From Patescibacteria group bacterium (GTDB taxonomy: Bacteria; Patescibacteriota; Patescibacteriia; UBA10025; JAHIVO01), in contig JBAZWB010000001.1 of NCBI GenBank assembly GCA_041660605.1, positions 201,295-265,294 on the forward strand: 64,000 bases of DNA, written 5' to 3'. Below the pieces are notes generated by a model. It saw only the letters and a program-made list of their open reading frames with translations. It had not been told where the DNA came from and ran no database searches. A program made the translations under genes and the position numbers. Shown in pieces: positions 8,425 through 18,536 of this stretch. The first letter of the stretch is position 1, and each line of letters begins with the position of its first letter.

Positions 8425-9897
8425 ATGACCAATGATACCGTAGTCCTTCGCTTTTCCGACGTCACCTTCGCCTACGAGCACGGCAAGAAATTGCTCGACG
8501 AAGCGAATTTTTCCGTCCGCGCCGGCAGCCGCATCACCCTGATGGGCCAGAATGGGGCGGGCAAGAGCTCAATTTTTAAGCTTATTATCGGTGAGCTGGA
8601 GCCGACCGACGGCCGTTTGTCGCGCACCCCGCCGGAGGCCAGCGTCGCTATCGCCCGCCAGGTAATGCCGAAGGAAGCGCTTGAGCTGACCGTGCGGGCT
8701 TACTTTGCCAGCGCTTTTCCCGCAGTGCAGTATAACCTGGATAAGCTGATCAAGGGAGTGTTTGATATCGTCCATTTGGCGCTACCGCTTGACAGGACAA
8801 TCCGTCAGCTTTCCGGCGGTCAGCAGGCGCGGCTGCTCCTGGCGCACGCCCTGATCCAGAATCCGGATATCCTCCTGCTCGACGAACCGACCAACAACCT
8901 CGACCAGTATGGCATTGACCATCTGACTGAGTTCCTCGTCTTGTATGAAAAAACATGCCTGGTCATTTCCCACGACGCCGATTTCCTGAACGCCTTTTCT
9001 GACGGCGTACTCTATCTGGATGCGCGCACCCAGAAGGTTGAGCAATATACCGGCAACTATACTGACGTTGTCGAGGAAATCACCCGGCGGATTGAGCGGG
9101 AGAATTACCAAAATGCCCGGATGCAGCGGCAGATCAAGGAAAAGCGTGCGCAAGCCGAAGTATTTGCCCATAAAGGCGGGAAGCTGCGCGGCGTAGCCAA
9201 GCGGATGCGCGAGGCGGCGGAAGAGGCGGAAGAGAGCATCGTCAGCGTCCGCCAGGAAGACAGAACGATACGGGATTTTTCCATTCCCTGCCAGGAATTC
9301 AGCCCCCACTTCGGCGGAACCATCGTGCAGCTGCAGGCGGCGACGGTTGTTCGCGACCACCAGCCAGTGGAGAAAAAATTAGACGTCACGATCCGCAAGG
9401 GCAATCACGTCGTCATTGCCGGACCGAACGGCATCGGCAAGAGCACGTTGCTGGCAAAAATCGCCGGCGGGTCTTCGGATCACGCCAAGGTTGCGCCGGA
9501 GGCTGCCATCGGGTACTATCAGCAGGATTTCGGAAATCTTGACGGCGACCAGATCGCCTTCGACGCCTTGCGGGCGGTCATGACGGCTGATGACGAGCAG
9601 TTGCTCCGGTCGACTGCCGCGGGGTTCCTGCTTGACGGCGGGCTGCTGGCCCGGCCGATCCGGGCGCTGTCCGAAGGGCAGAAAGGCCTCCTGTCGTTCT
9701 GCCGGTTTGTATTGCAAAAGCCCGGCTTGCTCATCCTTGACGAGCCGACCAATCACATAAATTTCCGGCACCTGCCGGTCCTGGCCCGGGCGCTGGACGG
9801 GTACCGCGGCGCGCTGATCATGGTTTCTCACATCCCTGAATTTGTCAGTCAGATCAGGATTGATACGGTAGTGGATCTGGAACAGGCGTCGGTTTAG
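8425..9897 (+). CDS. ABC-F family ATPase (tandem NBDs with an arginine-rich linker; translation-factor type)
   Basis: Two Walker A motifs ('GQNGAGKSS', 'GPNGIGKST'), two signature motifs ('LSGGQQARL', 'LSEGQKGLL'), linker 'RRIERENYQNARMQRQIKEKRAQAE' and no TM domain. Confidence 0.8.
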   Translation: MTNDTVVLRFSDVTFAYEHGKKLLDEANFSVRAGSRITLMGQNGAGKSSIFKLIIGELEPTDGRLSRTPPEASVAIARQVMPKEALELTVRAYFASAFPAVQYNLDKLIKGVFDIVHLALPLDRTIRQLSGGQQARLLLAHALIQNPDILLLDEPTNNLDQYGIDHLTEFLVLYEKTCLVISHDADFLNAFSDGVLYLDARTQKVEQYTGNYTDVVEEITRRIERENYQNARMQRQIKEKRAQAEVFAHKGGKLRGVAKRMREAAEEAEESIVSVRQEDRTIRDFSIPCQEFSPHFGGTIVQLQAATVVRDHQPVEKKLDVTIRKGNHVVIAGPNGIGKSTLLAKIAGGSSDHAKVAPEAAIGYYQQDFGNLDGDQIAFDALRAVMTADDEQLLRSTAAGFLLDGGLLARPIRALSEGQKGLLSFCRFVLQKPGLLILDEPTNHINFRHLPVLARALDGYRGALIMVSHIPEFVSQIRIDTVVDLEQASV

Positions 9898-10093
9898 CAG
9901 AGGATGAATTTTTTCTGATAAAATTGGCCGATATTTGACTATTTTCAGGAAATCAACTATAATACCCAACATCATGAAATACTCATTTTTTGTTTTACGC
10001 GATAATTTAAAACAGCACCAACCGGCGTGATTGTCTTATAATTTTTTCACATTAGCCTCCCGCCGACTAAGCGGGATTTTTTAGATAAATAAT

Positions 10094-11854
10094 ATGAAAG
10101 CGAATACCAGGGAAACCATAAATATCTATTGGCAAAGCGTCTGGAAATACAAGACGAGCCTTTTGTTTTCACTGGTGGCGATTATCAGCGCCTCGATTCT
10201 GAATGTCATTACGCCTCTATATTATAAAAAATTCATTGACAGCCTGGCGGGCGGAACCGGACAGGACTCAATTGTTAAAACCCTGATTTCCATCCTGATT
10301 ATTATCGCCATCGTGCGCCTGGCACAGTGGGTCTGCTGGCGCATCGCCACTTTTACGGCCAATTATTTTGAGTCAAAAGCCATGACTGACCTGACTGACA
10401 GTTGCTTCGCATTCCTTCATAAGCATTCATTCGGATTTTTCAATGATAATTTTGTCGGTTCCCTGGTCAAGAAAGTCAAATGGTTCGGCCGGTCGTTTGA
10501 AGTCATCGCCGACCGCCTGTTATGGAACCTCCTGCCGCTGGTGGTGAACATTGCCGTGATAGCCATCATTCTTTTCAAGCGCAGCAGCGGGCTGGGCTTC
10601 GGAGTGGTAGCCTGGGTGATAGTCTTTTTAATCATCAATAGTTTATTCGTCAGATATAAGCTGAAATACGATCTCAAGCGGAGTTTAGCCGAAACTAAAA
10701 CAACGGGCTTCCTGTCCGATTCAGTCGCCAATCACAGCACGGTTAAGCTTTTCGGCGGCTATGGCCGTGAAATCAGCGGTTTTGCCGGCCTTAACGAAAA
10801 GCTCCGCCGTTTAAGGAAATTAACCTGGGATTTAGGATCATTGTTCGAGGCGGTGCAGGGATTATTAATGACTTTTTTGGAAGTAGCGATCTTCTATTTT
10901 GCCATCGGCTTGTGGAAAAAAGGCCTGCTGACCATCGGGGATTTTGTTTTGATCCAGGTTTATCTGATAAACATTTTTGAGCGCGTCTGGGATTTCGGCA
11001 AGTTTATCAGGCAGATATATGAGGGTTTAGCGGACGCAGATGAAATGACGGAGATTCTCCAGACGCCGCTGGAGGTGCAGGATGCCCATGGGGCGAAAGA
11101 ATTAACAGTGACCAGCGGGCAGATAAATTTTAGCGCTGTAGATTTCTGCTACCGGCAGACGCGTGAAATTTTCAACGGATTCAACCTGGATATAAAATCG
11201 CATGAGCGCGTGGCCATCGTCGGTTCTTCGGGCGCCGGGAAAACCACACTGGTAAAGATGCTCCTGCGCCTGCATGACATTTCCTCCGGTGCGATCCTGA
11301 TCGACGGCCAGGATGTGGCCAGGGTAACCCAGGAAAGCCTGCACCGCAATATCGGCCTGGTACCCCAGGATCCGATCCTTTTTCACCGCAGCCTGATGGA
11401 AAATATCCGTTATGGCCGTCCGGAAGCGACAGACGACGAGGTTATCGTGGCAGCCAGAGCGGCACATTGCCATGAATTTATTTCTTCAATTCCCGAAGGC
11501 TATAATACATTTGTCGGCGAACGGGGCGTTAAATTATCCAGCGGCGAACGCCAGCGGGTGGCCATTGCCCGGGCGATTCTCTATAACGCGCCGATTCTTA
11601 TTCTGGATGAAGCGACCTCCAGCCTTGACTCTGAATCGGAACGGCTGATCCAGGACGCGCTGGAGGCATTAATGACAGGGAAAACGGTTATCGCCATTGC
11701 CCACCGCCTCTCAACTATTAAAAAAATGGACCGCATCATCGTAATTGAGAAAGGGAAAATTTCAGAAGAGGGATCTCATGCGTCGCTTTTGCGGAACCAG
11801 GCAGGAGCTTACCGGCACCTCTGGAAATTGCAGGCCGGTGGGTTTATCCAGTAA
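10094..11854 (+). CDS. ABC transporter, fused permease/ATPase (type I exporter)
   Basis: N-terminal 6-TM domain; NBD with 'GSSGAGKTT', 'LSSGERQRVAIARA' and 'ILILDEATS'. Confidence 0.85.
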   Translation: MKANTRETINIYWQSVWKYKTSLLFSLVAIISASILNVITPLYYKKFIDSLAGGTGQDSIVKTLISILIIIAIVRLAQWVCWRIATFTANYFESKAMTDLTDSCFAFLHKHSFGFFNDNFVGSLVKKVKWFGRSFEVIADRLLWNLLPLVVNIAVIAIILFKRSSGLGFGVVAWVIVFLIINSLFVRYKLKYDLKRSLAETKTTGFLSDSVANHSTVKLFGGYGREISGFAGLNEKLRRLRKLTWDLGSLFEAVQGLLMTFLEVAIFYFAIGLWKKGLLTIGDFVLIQVYLINIFERVWDFGKFIRQIYEGLADADEMTEILQTPLEVQDAHGAKELTVTSGQINFSAVDFCYRQTREIFNGFNLDIKSHERVAIVGSSGAGKTTLVKMLLRLHDISSGAILIDGQDVARVTQESLHRNIGLVPQDPILFHRSLMENIRYGRPEATDDEVIVAARAAHCHEFISSIPEGYNTFVGERGVKLSSGERQRVAIARAILYNAPILILDEATSSLDSESERLIQDALEALMTGKTVIAIAHRLSTIKKMDRIIVIEKGKISEEGSHASLLRNQAGAYRHLWKLQAGGFIQ

Positions 11855-11975
11855 TCATTGGCAGCTGAAATAGAGCCAGAGCTGCTATAGTTAAGTCCAC
11901 CTGAAAGAGGGTTGACTCCGTTTGCGTATCTGCTAGAATGTATATCATACATTTCTTACAAGTAGGATAAATATT

Positions 11976-12215
11976 ATGACACCACAAACAAATCACGCAT
12001 TTTATGGGACTACTACCCTGGGAGAGAAAGGACAGGTAGTCATCCCCGCCGGAGCCCGGGAAGCCTTGAAGCTGGGAAAAGGCGAGAAGCTTCTGGTTTT
12101 TTCCATGGGGCATGGCATGCTGGCGCTGGCTAAGCTTGAACACCTGGCTAAATTTGAAAAGCATATGACAGAAAAGCTGGAGGCCATCCGTCAGGCAGTC
12201 AAATCAGTAAAATAA
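11976..12215 (+). CDS. AbrB/SpoVT-like swapped-hairpin DNA-binding protein (79 aa)
   Basis: 'GTTTLGEKGQVVIPAGAREALKLGKGEKLLVF' resembles the AbrB/MazE fold signature. It lies between ABC exporter genes. Confidence 0.4.
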   Translation: MTPQTNHAFYGTTTLGEKGQVVIPAGAREALKLGKGEKLLVFSMGHGMLALAKLEHLAKFEKHMTEKLEAIRQAVKSVK

Positions 12216-12219
12216 ACCT

Positions 12220-13995
12220 ATGAAGCATTTGTTTAAATATTTTAAACCTTATCTTTGGCAATTTTTAATATTGCTGGTCATGGTCTATCTGATGGTGCTG
12301 GCGACACTGGCACTGCCGGACTATATGGCCATCATCATCAATAAGGGGATTGTGGCTGAGGATATGTCCGTGGTCTGGCACAACGGGTGGATCATGCTTT
12401 TATTCGCGCTCGGCGCTGCCGCGGCCAGCGTGGTGATCGGCTGGCTAGCCTCGCGCATCGCGGCCGGTTTTTCCCGGGATATCCGGGAGGCGACTTTCAA
12501 GAAGGTAGAAAGTTTTTCTTTGCATGAATTCAATACCTTTTCCACGGCCTCGCTGATTACCCGCTCAACCAACGACGTCCAGCAGATACAGATGGTATTG
12601 ACAATCCTTTTACGCATGGCCTTGATGGCGCCGATCATGGGCGTCTGGGCGATCATCAGGGCTTACCAGAATGCACCCTCCATGACCTGGTTAATGGGCT
12701 TGGCGGTCGGCGTTTTAATTGCTATAATTGTCATTTTATTTACTATTGCCATCCCGCGGTTCAAGAAACTGCAAAAGCTGGTTGACCGCCTGAATCTGGT
12801 CAGCCGTGAAATCCTGACCGGCTTGCGCGTGATCCGCGCTTTTAACCGCGAACCGGTTGAAGAAAAAAAGTTTGACAGCGCCAACGTCGAATTGACCAGA
12901 ATCAATTTATTCGTAAACCGCATTCTGGTGATCATGCAACCGGTGATGATATTAATCATGAATCTGACGACTCTGGCCGTCATCTGGTACGGCGCCCATC
13001 TTGTTGACCTGGGAAATTTGCAGATCGGGCAGATGCTGGCCTTCATGCAGTACGCCATGCAGGCAATTTTTGCTTTTCTTCTGATTACCATGGTTTTCAT
13101 CATGGTGCCGCGCGCCGCCGTTTCCGCTGACCGGATCGGCGAAGTGCTGGCCACCGAGGCGACCATCAAAGACCCTGAAAAGCCGGCTGACGTTTCCTCG
13201 GCACACGGCGGCCAGGTGGAATTCAAACACGTCAGCTACAGTTATGCCGGGGCGGATGAACCTGTTTTGAATGACATCTCTTTTACCGCCTGGCCCGGCC
13301 AGACCACCGCCATTGTCGGCAGTACCGGCAGCGGCAAGTCTACGCTGATAAATTTAATCCCCAGGTTTTATGACGTCAGCGCCGGCGAGGTTAAAATCGA
13401 TAATATTGATATCCGGAAAATGAGGATGGAAGACGTGAATGCCAAGATCGGCTACGTGCCGCAAAAAGGCGTTTTATTTTCCGGCACCATTGAGAGTAAT
13501 CTTAAATATGGCGCGCCCCAGGCTTCAAATGATGAAGTAAAACAAGCAGCGGAAATCGCCCAGGCTAAAGATTTCATCGAAAAATTAAATGGAAAATACC
13601 AGGCCGGAATTTCGCAGGGCGGCGCCAACGTGTCTGGCGGGCAAAAACAGCGCCTGGCCATTGCCCGGGCGATCATGCGCCAGCCCGAAATTTACATCTT
13701 TGACGACAGTTTTTCCTCTTTGGATTTCACCACGGACGCGAAATTACGGCAGGCTCTGTCCGCGGCTATAAAAAATAAAACAGTTATCATCGTGGCCCAG
13801 CGCATCAGCACCATCATGAACGCGGAAAAAATCATCGTGCTGGATGAAGGCCGGATAGTCGGGCAGGGAACGCATAATGAACTGATTAAGTCATGCGCGG
13901 TTTACCGGGAAATTGCCTCTTCTCAATTGTCCGAAGAAGAATTAAAAAGTCATCCCGGACGCACGGGGCGGCTGGTAAAGGAGGCGACCACATGA
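12220..13995 (+). CDS. ABC transporter, fused permease/ATPase (exporter; probable heterodimer partner of the next gene)
   Basis: TM domain plus NBD with 'GSTGSGKST', 'VSGGQKQRLAIARA' and 'IYIFDDSFS'. Confidence 0.85.
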   Translation: MKHLFKYFKPYLWQFLILLVMVYLMVLATLALPDYMAIIINKGIVAEDMSVVWHNGWIMLLFALGAAAASVVIGWLASRIAAGFSRDIREATFKKVESFSLHEFNTFSTASLITRSTNDVQQIQMVLTILLRMALMAPIMGVWAIIRAYQNAPSMTWLMGLAVGVLIAIIVILFTIAIPRFKKLQKLVDRLNLVSREILTGLRVIRAFNREPVEEKKFDSANVELTRINLFVNRILVIMQPVMILIMNLTTLAVIWYGAHLVDLGNLQIGQMLAFMQYAMQAIFAFLLITMVFIMVPRAAVSADRIGEVLATEATIKDPEKPADVSSAHGGQVEFKHVSYSYAGADEPVLNDISFTAWPGQTTAIVGSTGSGKSTLINLIPRFYDVSAGEVKIDNIDIRKMRMEDVNAKIGYVPQKGVLFSGTIESNLKYGAPQASNDEVKQAAEIAQAKDFIEKLNGKYQAGISQGGANVSGGQKQRLAIARAIMRQPEIYIFDDSFSSLDFTTDAKLRQALSAAIKNKTVIIVAQRISTIMNAEKIIVLDEGRIVGQGTHNELIKSCAVYREIASSQLSEEELKSHPGRTGRLVKEATT

Positions 13996-16034
13996 ATAAA
14001 TCCACCAAAAAAACTCCACCGCAGCAGAATTTAGACTCTTCGGCTAAACCGCCGCCAATCGGTCCGATGGGCCGTGGCAGTCCTATGGGCATGATGATGC
14101 CTTTCCAGAAAGCCAAGAATTTCAAAAAGACGATGAAACAGCTCGGCGGTTACCTCAAACCTTTTTGGCTGTCATTAACCGTGGTTGTTTTCTTTACCAT
14201 CGCCAGTACGGCCTTTGCCATTGCCAGCCCGAAAATCCTCGGCCAGATGACCAACCAGGTAGTCGATGATTTTGTCCACCGCACTGCCTATGACCAGCTG
14301 GCGGGGAATCTTCCGCCAGGCACGCCATTACCGGCCGGCACCACTGGCGCTGACCTCTTAAACAAATTGCCGCCGTCTGTCACGGAAAAAATCCCCTCGG
14401 CCGCCCGCAGCAGCATTGCCAATCTTGACCTGTCCAAGCGCCCGGATTTTGACTATCAAAAATTAATGAGTATCGCTATCGTGCTGCTGGCACTGTACGG
14501 TTTTAGCGCCATCTTCAGCTATATCCAGAGCTGGATCATGACAAATGTCACGCAGAAAATCACTTACCAGTTTCGCCAGGAAATTTCCACCAAGATCGGG
14601 CGCCTGCCGCTGAAATATTTCGACCAGACGACCCATGGCGAAGTGCTGAGCCGGATAACAAATGACGTGGATACAGTCAGCCAGACCCTGAACCAATCCC
14701 TGACCCAGATTATCACCTCGGTCACCATGATTATCGGCATTTTAGCCATGATGCTGTCCATCAGTTGGCAAATGACGCTGGTCGCCATTGTCACCCTGCC
14801 CTTGAGTTTCGGCCTGATCGGCCTGGTGGTGAAACGCTCCCAGCGATATTTCAAATTGCAGCAGGACACGCTCGGCCACCTCAATGGCCATATCGAGGAA
14901 ATGTACGGCGGGCATATTGTCATGAAAGTGTTTAACGGCCAAGCCCGCTCCCTGGCCACCTTTTCCAAACATAACGCGGAATTATACGGCAGCGCCTGGC
15001 GTTCGCAATTCCTCTCCGGCCTGCTGTTCCCGATCCTGAATTTTGTGGGAAATATCGGCTATGTCGGCGTGACGGTGCTGGGCGGGTACCTGGCCATCCA
15101 GGGCCGCATTAATATTGGCGACATCCAGGCTTTTATCCAGTACGTCAGCCAGTTTAACCAGCCGATAGTCCAGACCGCCAACGTGGCGAATATCCTGCAG
15201 TCCACCGCCGCTGCCGCAGAAAGGGTTTTTGAGTTTTTGGCAGAACCAGAGGAATCTCCTGATCCAGAGTCTGCCAAAGCGCTGGTCAGCGTACACGGCA
15301 AAGTTGAATTTGACCATGTGCATTTCGGCTATAGTCCGGATAAAACCATTATCCATGACTTTACCGCCAAAATCGAGCCTGGCCAACGCGTGGCCATAGT
15401 CGGACCGACCGGCGCCGGCAAGACAACTATGGTTAATTTGCTAATGCGGTTTTATGACATCAACAGCGGCGTGATAAAAGTTGACGGCGTTGACATACAC
15501 TCTATGAAACGCTCTGATGTCCGGAAACTTTTTGGCATGGTTTTGCAGGATACCTGGCTTTTCAACGGCACTATCCGGGAAAATCTGGCTTATGGCAAGC
15601 CCGAGGCCACTGACGAGGAAGTTTTTGAAGCAGCCAAGGCCGCTCATGTTGATCATTTCATTCACTCATTGCCGCACGGCTACGATATGGTACTTGATGA
15701 GGAAACCAATAATATTTCCCAGGGTGAAAAGCAATTGCTGACTATTGCCCGCGCCATGCTGATCAAGACGCCGATGCTTATCCTTGACGAGGCCACCAGT
15801 TCTGTTGATACCCGTACGGAAGTATTGATCCAGAAAGCTATGGAGCGCCTGATGAAAGGCAAAACCAGCTTTGTCATTGCTCACCGGCTTTCCACCATCA
15901 GGAATGCCGATTTGATCCTCGTCATGCGCGACGGAAACATCGTTGAGCAGGGGAAACACCATGAGCTGCTGGAAAAAAACGGTTTTTACGCTTCGCTCTA
16001 CAACAGCCAGTTTACGGCACCGGTATCTGCCTAA
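13992..16034 (+). CDS. ABC transporter, fused permease/ATPase (exporter)
   Basis: ATG at 13992 overlaps the upstream stop. TM domain plus NBD with 'GPTGAGKTT', 'ISQGEKQLLTIARA' and 'ILDEATSSVD'. Confidence 0.85.
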   Translation: MNKSTKKTPPQQNLDSSAKPPPIGPMGRGSPMGMMMPFQKAKNFKKTMKQLGGYLKPFWLSLTVVVFFTIASTAFAIASPKILGQMTNQVVDDFVHRTAYDQLAGNLPPGTPLPAGTTGADLLNKLPPSVTEKIPSAARSSIANLDLSKRPDFDYQKLMSIAIVLLALYGFSAIFSYIQSWIMTNVTQKITYQFRQEISTKIGRLPLKYFDQTTHGEVLSRITNDVDTVSQTLNQSLTQIITSVTMIIGILAMMLSISWQMTLVAIVTLPLSFGLIGLVVKRSQRYFKLQQDTLGHLNGHIEEMYGGHIVMKVFNGQARSLATFSKHNAELYGSAWRSQFLSGLLFPILNFVGNIGYVGVTVLGGYLAIQGRINIGDIQAFIQYVSQFNQPIVQTANVANILQSTAAAAERVFEFLAEPEESPDPESAKALVSVHGKVEFDHVHFGYSPDKTIIHDFTAKIEPGQRVAIVGPTGAGKTTMVNLLMRFYDINSGVIKVDGVDIHSMKRSDVRKLFGMVLQDTWLFNGTIRENLAYGKPEATDEEVFEAAKAAHVDHFIHSLPHGYDMVLDEETNNISQGEKQLLTIARAMLIKTPMLILDEATSSVDTRTEVLIQKAMERLMKGKTSFVIAHRLSTIRNADLILVMRDGNIVEQGKHHELLEKNGFYASLYNSQFTAPVSA

Positions 16035-16076
16035 GATAAAAAATTTAGGCGATAATTTACTTATTAGCGAATAAAA

Positions 16077-16967
16077 ATGAACTGGATTTTCGTCGCTTTA
16101 CTAGAACCGATTTTTCATGCTTTTGCCAATATTTTGGACAGCAACCTGGCCAATCGCCTGTTTAAAAACGCCTGGCTGCTGTCGCTGATTATAACCGTTG
16201 CCGTAACGATTTTTACGCCTTTTGTCTGGCTGCTGGATCCGCCAAAGTTTTTCCCGTTGCACCTGCTACCGTATTTCATCATCGTGGGAGCTATCGAGCT
16301 GTTGTACGTGTATCCTTATTTTAAAGCCTTGCAGGGCGACGATACTTCAGTAGCTACTTCATTATTCTCCTTGGGCAAGATATTGGTACCGATACTCGCG
16401 TTTTTTCTGATAGGCGAGACGTTGCGTCCCGTGCAGTACGCCGGTTTTTTACTGATAATCGCGGCCTCAGTCGCACTGACCTTCAATCCAAAGGCCCGGC
16501 TTTGGTTTAACCGGACATTTTTTTACATCTTATTGTCTTCGGCGCTACTGGCAGTGGAAGTCGTTATTTTTAAATATATTTTTACGCAAGTAAGCTGGGG
16601 TACGGGTTATGTCTGGACGGTGGTAATTGCCAGCGCCATAGCATTAGCGGCTTTACTGCCACAACTTAGGCGTACGGATACAAGGCAGGAACTGGTGGCG
16701 CTGAAAAAAAATTACTGGCTGATTTTGCTGGTGGGAGGCGCGAGTTTTTTAGGCAATATCGGCTTCAGTTACGCCATTTTCGCGGTGCCGGCCACGGTCT
16801 CGCGGAGCATAGATTCTTTCCAGCCGTTTTTTGTCCTCTTATATGCGATACTTTTCAAGCGCTATTTCCCTCTGGCCTTCAAAGAATCAACCAATAGGCG
16901 GAGCTTGATAAAAAAGATTGTCCTTTTCGCTGTAATGGTGATTGGGGTGATTTTAACGGTAAGATAA
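16077..16967 (+). CDS. Polytopic membrane protein, possibly a DMT/EamA-like permease (296 aa, about 10 TM)
   Basis: Hydrophobicity pattern only; size and two-halves organisation fit the DMT superfamily. Confidence 0.35.
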   Translation: MNWIFVALLEPIFHAFANILDSNLANRLFKNAWLLSLIITVAVTIFTPFVWLLDPPKFFPLHLLPYFIIVGAIELLYVYPYFKALQGDDTSVATSLFSLGKILVPILAFFLIGETLRPVQYAGFLLIIAASVALTFNPKARLWFNRTFFYILLSSALLAVEVVIFKYIFTQVSWGTGYVWTVVIASAIALAALLPQLRRTDTRQELVALKKNYWLILLVGGASFLGNIGFSYAIFAVPATVSRSIDSFQPFFVLLYAILFKRYFPLAFKESTNRRSLIKKIVLFAVMVIGVILTVR

Positions 16968-17088
16968 TTTTTTAAGGATTTTAAACCGGCAAGTTGAAAC
17001 ATTTCCTAGGACAAAGGGTTACAGCGGCCCTGAAGTTGCGCCATTAAGGCAGTAGCGTTAAATAATAATTGTGTGCTAATGTATATCC

Positions 17089-18345
17089 ATGACTAACATT
17101 CCAACAACTCCCGGCTTTTCCGGCCTGGGCATCGCTCCGAGCCTGCTTGACGCGCTTGACCGCCTGCATTTTACCGAACCGACGCCGGTGCAGCGCCGTT
17201 CCATACCCATTGCCATTGAGGGACAGGACCTGATTGCCATTGCCCAAACCGGCACCGGCAAGACCATGGCTTTCGGTATTCCCATGATCCAGCGCCTGGC
17301 CCAGGTAAAAGGCCGCGGCTTGATAATCTTGCCAACACGAGAATTAGCCATACAGGTTGACGAAGCTTTGCAGACAATTGGCCATGCTTTAGGTTTGCGA
17401 ACGGCGGTATTAATCGGCGGGGCGCCGATGGGGAAGCAAAAGCAGAGCCTGCAGAGGAAACCGCACGCGATCATTGCCACGCCAGGCAGATTGCTCGACC
17501 ATATGGAGCAGAGGACGATTTCATTGAATGACGTTACAATTTTAATATTGGATGAAGCGGACAGGATGCTGGATATGGGCTTTGCTCCGCAGATCAAGAA
17601 AATATTAGCCGAAGTGCCGAAGAAACGGCAGACTATGCTTTTCTCAGCCACCATGCCGAAGGCGATCGTAGAAATCGCGCATAAATATATGGCCGTGCCT
17701 ATTCACGTAGAAATCGCGCCATCCGGCACAGCCGTAGAAAAAGTTACCCAGGAAGTTTTTTTCCTTAATAAAGAGGCAAAACCGCAGCTGCTGGAAAAAC
17801 TTCTGAAAGAGCACCTCGGTTCAGTTTTAGTTTTTGTCAGAACCAAGCATATGGCCAGGAAACTCACCCGCCGCGTATCGGATATGGGCCACACTGCCGC
17901 GGAGATTCATTCTAACCGGAGCCTGGGCCAGCGCCGCGCGGCTTTGGACGGTTTTAAATCCGGGAAGTTCCGCGTATTAATAGCTACGGATATTGCGGCC
18001 CGGGGGATTGACGTTACCGGCATTGAACTGGTTGTGAATTTTGATTTGCCATCCACGGCTGATGATTATATCCACCGGATCGGGCGGACGGCTCGCGCCG
18101 GACGCCAGGGCATGGCAATTTCCTTTGCCACTTTTGACCAGCGCGGCGATATCAGAAGCATTGAGCGGCTGTTGCGCAAGTCTTTGCCAGTGCGGCAATT
18201 GCCAAATCTGCCCGCCGCGCGGCATTTCACTGATCCGGGAGAGGCGCCGCGACAGTTTTTTAGCCGCCGGAGGCAGGGTAGTTCGCAGCCGGGCGGGAGA
18301 TTTCAGCGCCGGCGGGGGTTTAGCAGTTCGCGGCGCAGATACTAG
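17089..18345 (+). CDS. DEAD-box ATP-dependent RNA helicase with an RG-rich C-terminal tail
   Basis: Q motif 'FTEPTPVQRRSIP', 'AQTGTGKT', 'PTRELA', 'DEAD' ('ILDEADRML'), 'SAT' and 'HRIGRTARAG'. Confidence 0.9.
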   Translation: MTNIPTTPGFSGLGIAPSLLDALDRLHFTEPTPVQRRSIPIAIEGQDLIAIAQTGTGKTMAFGIPMIQRLAQVKGRGLIILPTRELAIQVDEALQTIGHALGLRTAVLIGGAPMGKQKQSLQRKPHAIIATPGRLLDHMEQRTISLNDVTILILDEADRMLDMGFAPQIKKILAEVPKKRQTMLFSATMPKAIVEIAHKYMAVPIHVEIAPSGTAVEKVTQEVFFLNKEAKPQLLEKLLKEHLGSVLVFVRTKHMARKLTRRVSDMGHTAAEIHSNRSLGQRRAALDGFKSGKFRVLIATDIAARGIDVTGIELVVNFDLPSTADDYIHRIGRTARAGRQGMAISFATFDQRGDIRSIERLLRKSLPVRQLPNLPAARHFTDPGEAPRQFFSRRRQGSSQPGGRFQRRRGFSSSRRRY

Positions 18346-18432
18346 GCACTCTTGCATTTTCGTCATATATTTGCTATCATCTTACCAATACCCGGTCCTT
18401 TGAGAGGACAGTTTTAATATCCAAAAAATTAT

Positions 18433-18465
18433 ATGGAAATAAGAAATATTGCTATCATTGCGCAC
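18433..18465 (+). repeat. 33-bp near-duplicate of the typA start (atggaaataagaaatattgctatcattgcgcac versus 18537..18569)
   Basis: 30 of 33 nt identical. It opens a 34-codon uORF whose TAA overlaps the typA ATG (taATGg). Confidence 0.6.
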
Positions 18466-18536
18466 CCTTCGACTTCGTCCCTCAATTCCATTCGGGACTT
18501 CGCTCAGGGCAGGTTACAATCTAATATACATTCATA

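Noticed and set aside
8782-9975. Minus-strand ORFs (8782..9360, 9379..9975) overlapping the ABC-F gene
   Set aside because: The plus-strand frame has two complete ABC NBDs. The antisense ORFs are Arg/Pro/Gly-rich artefacts of the GC-rich sequence.
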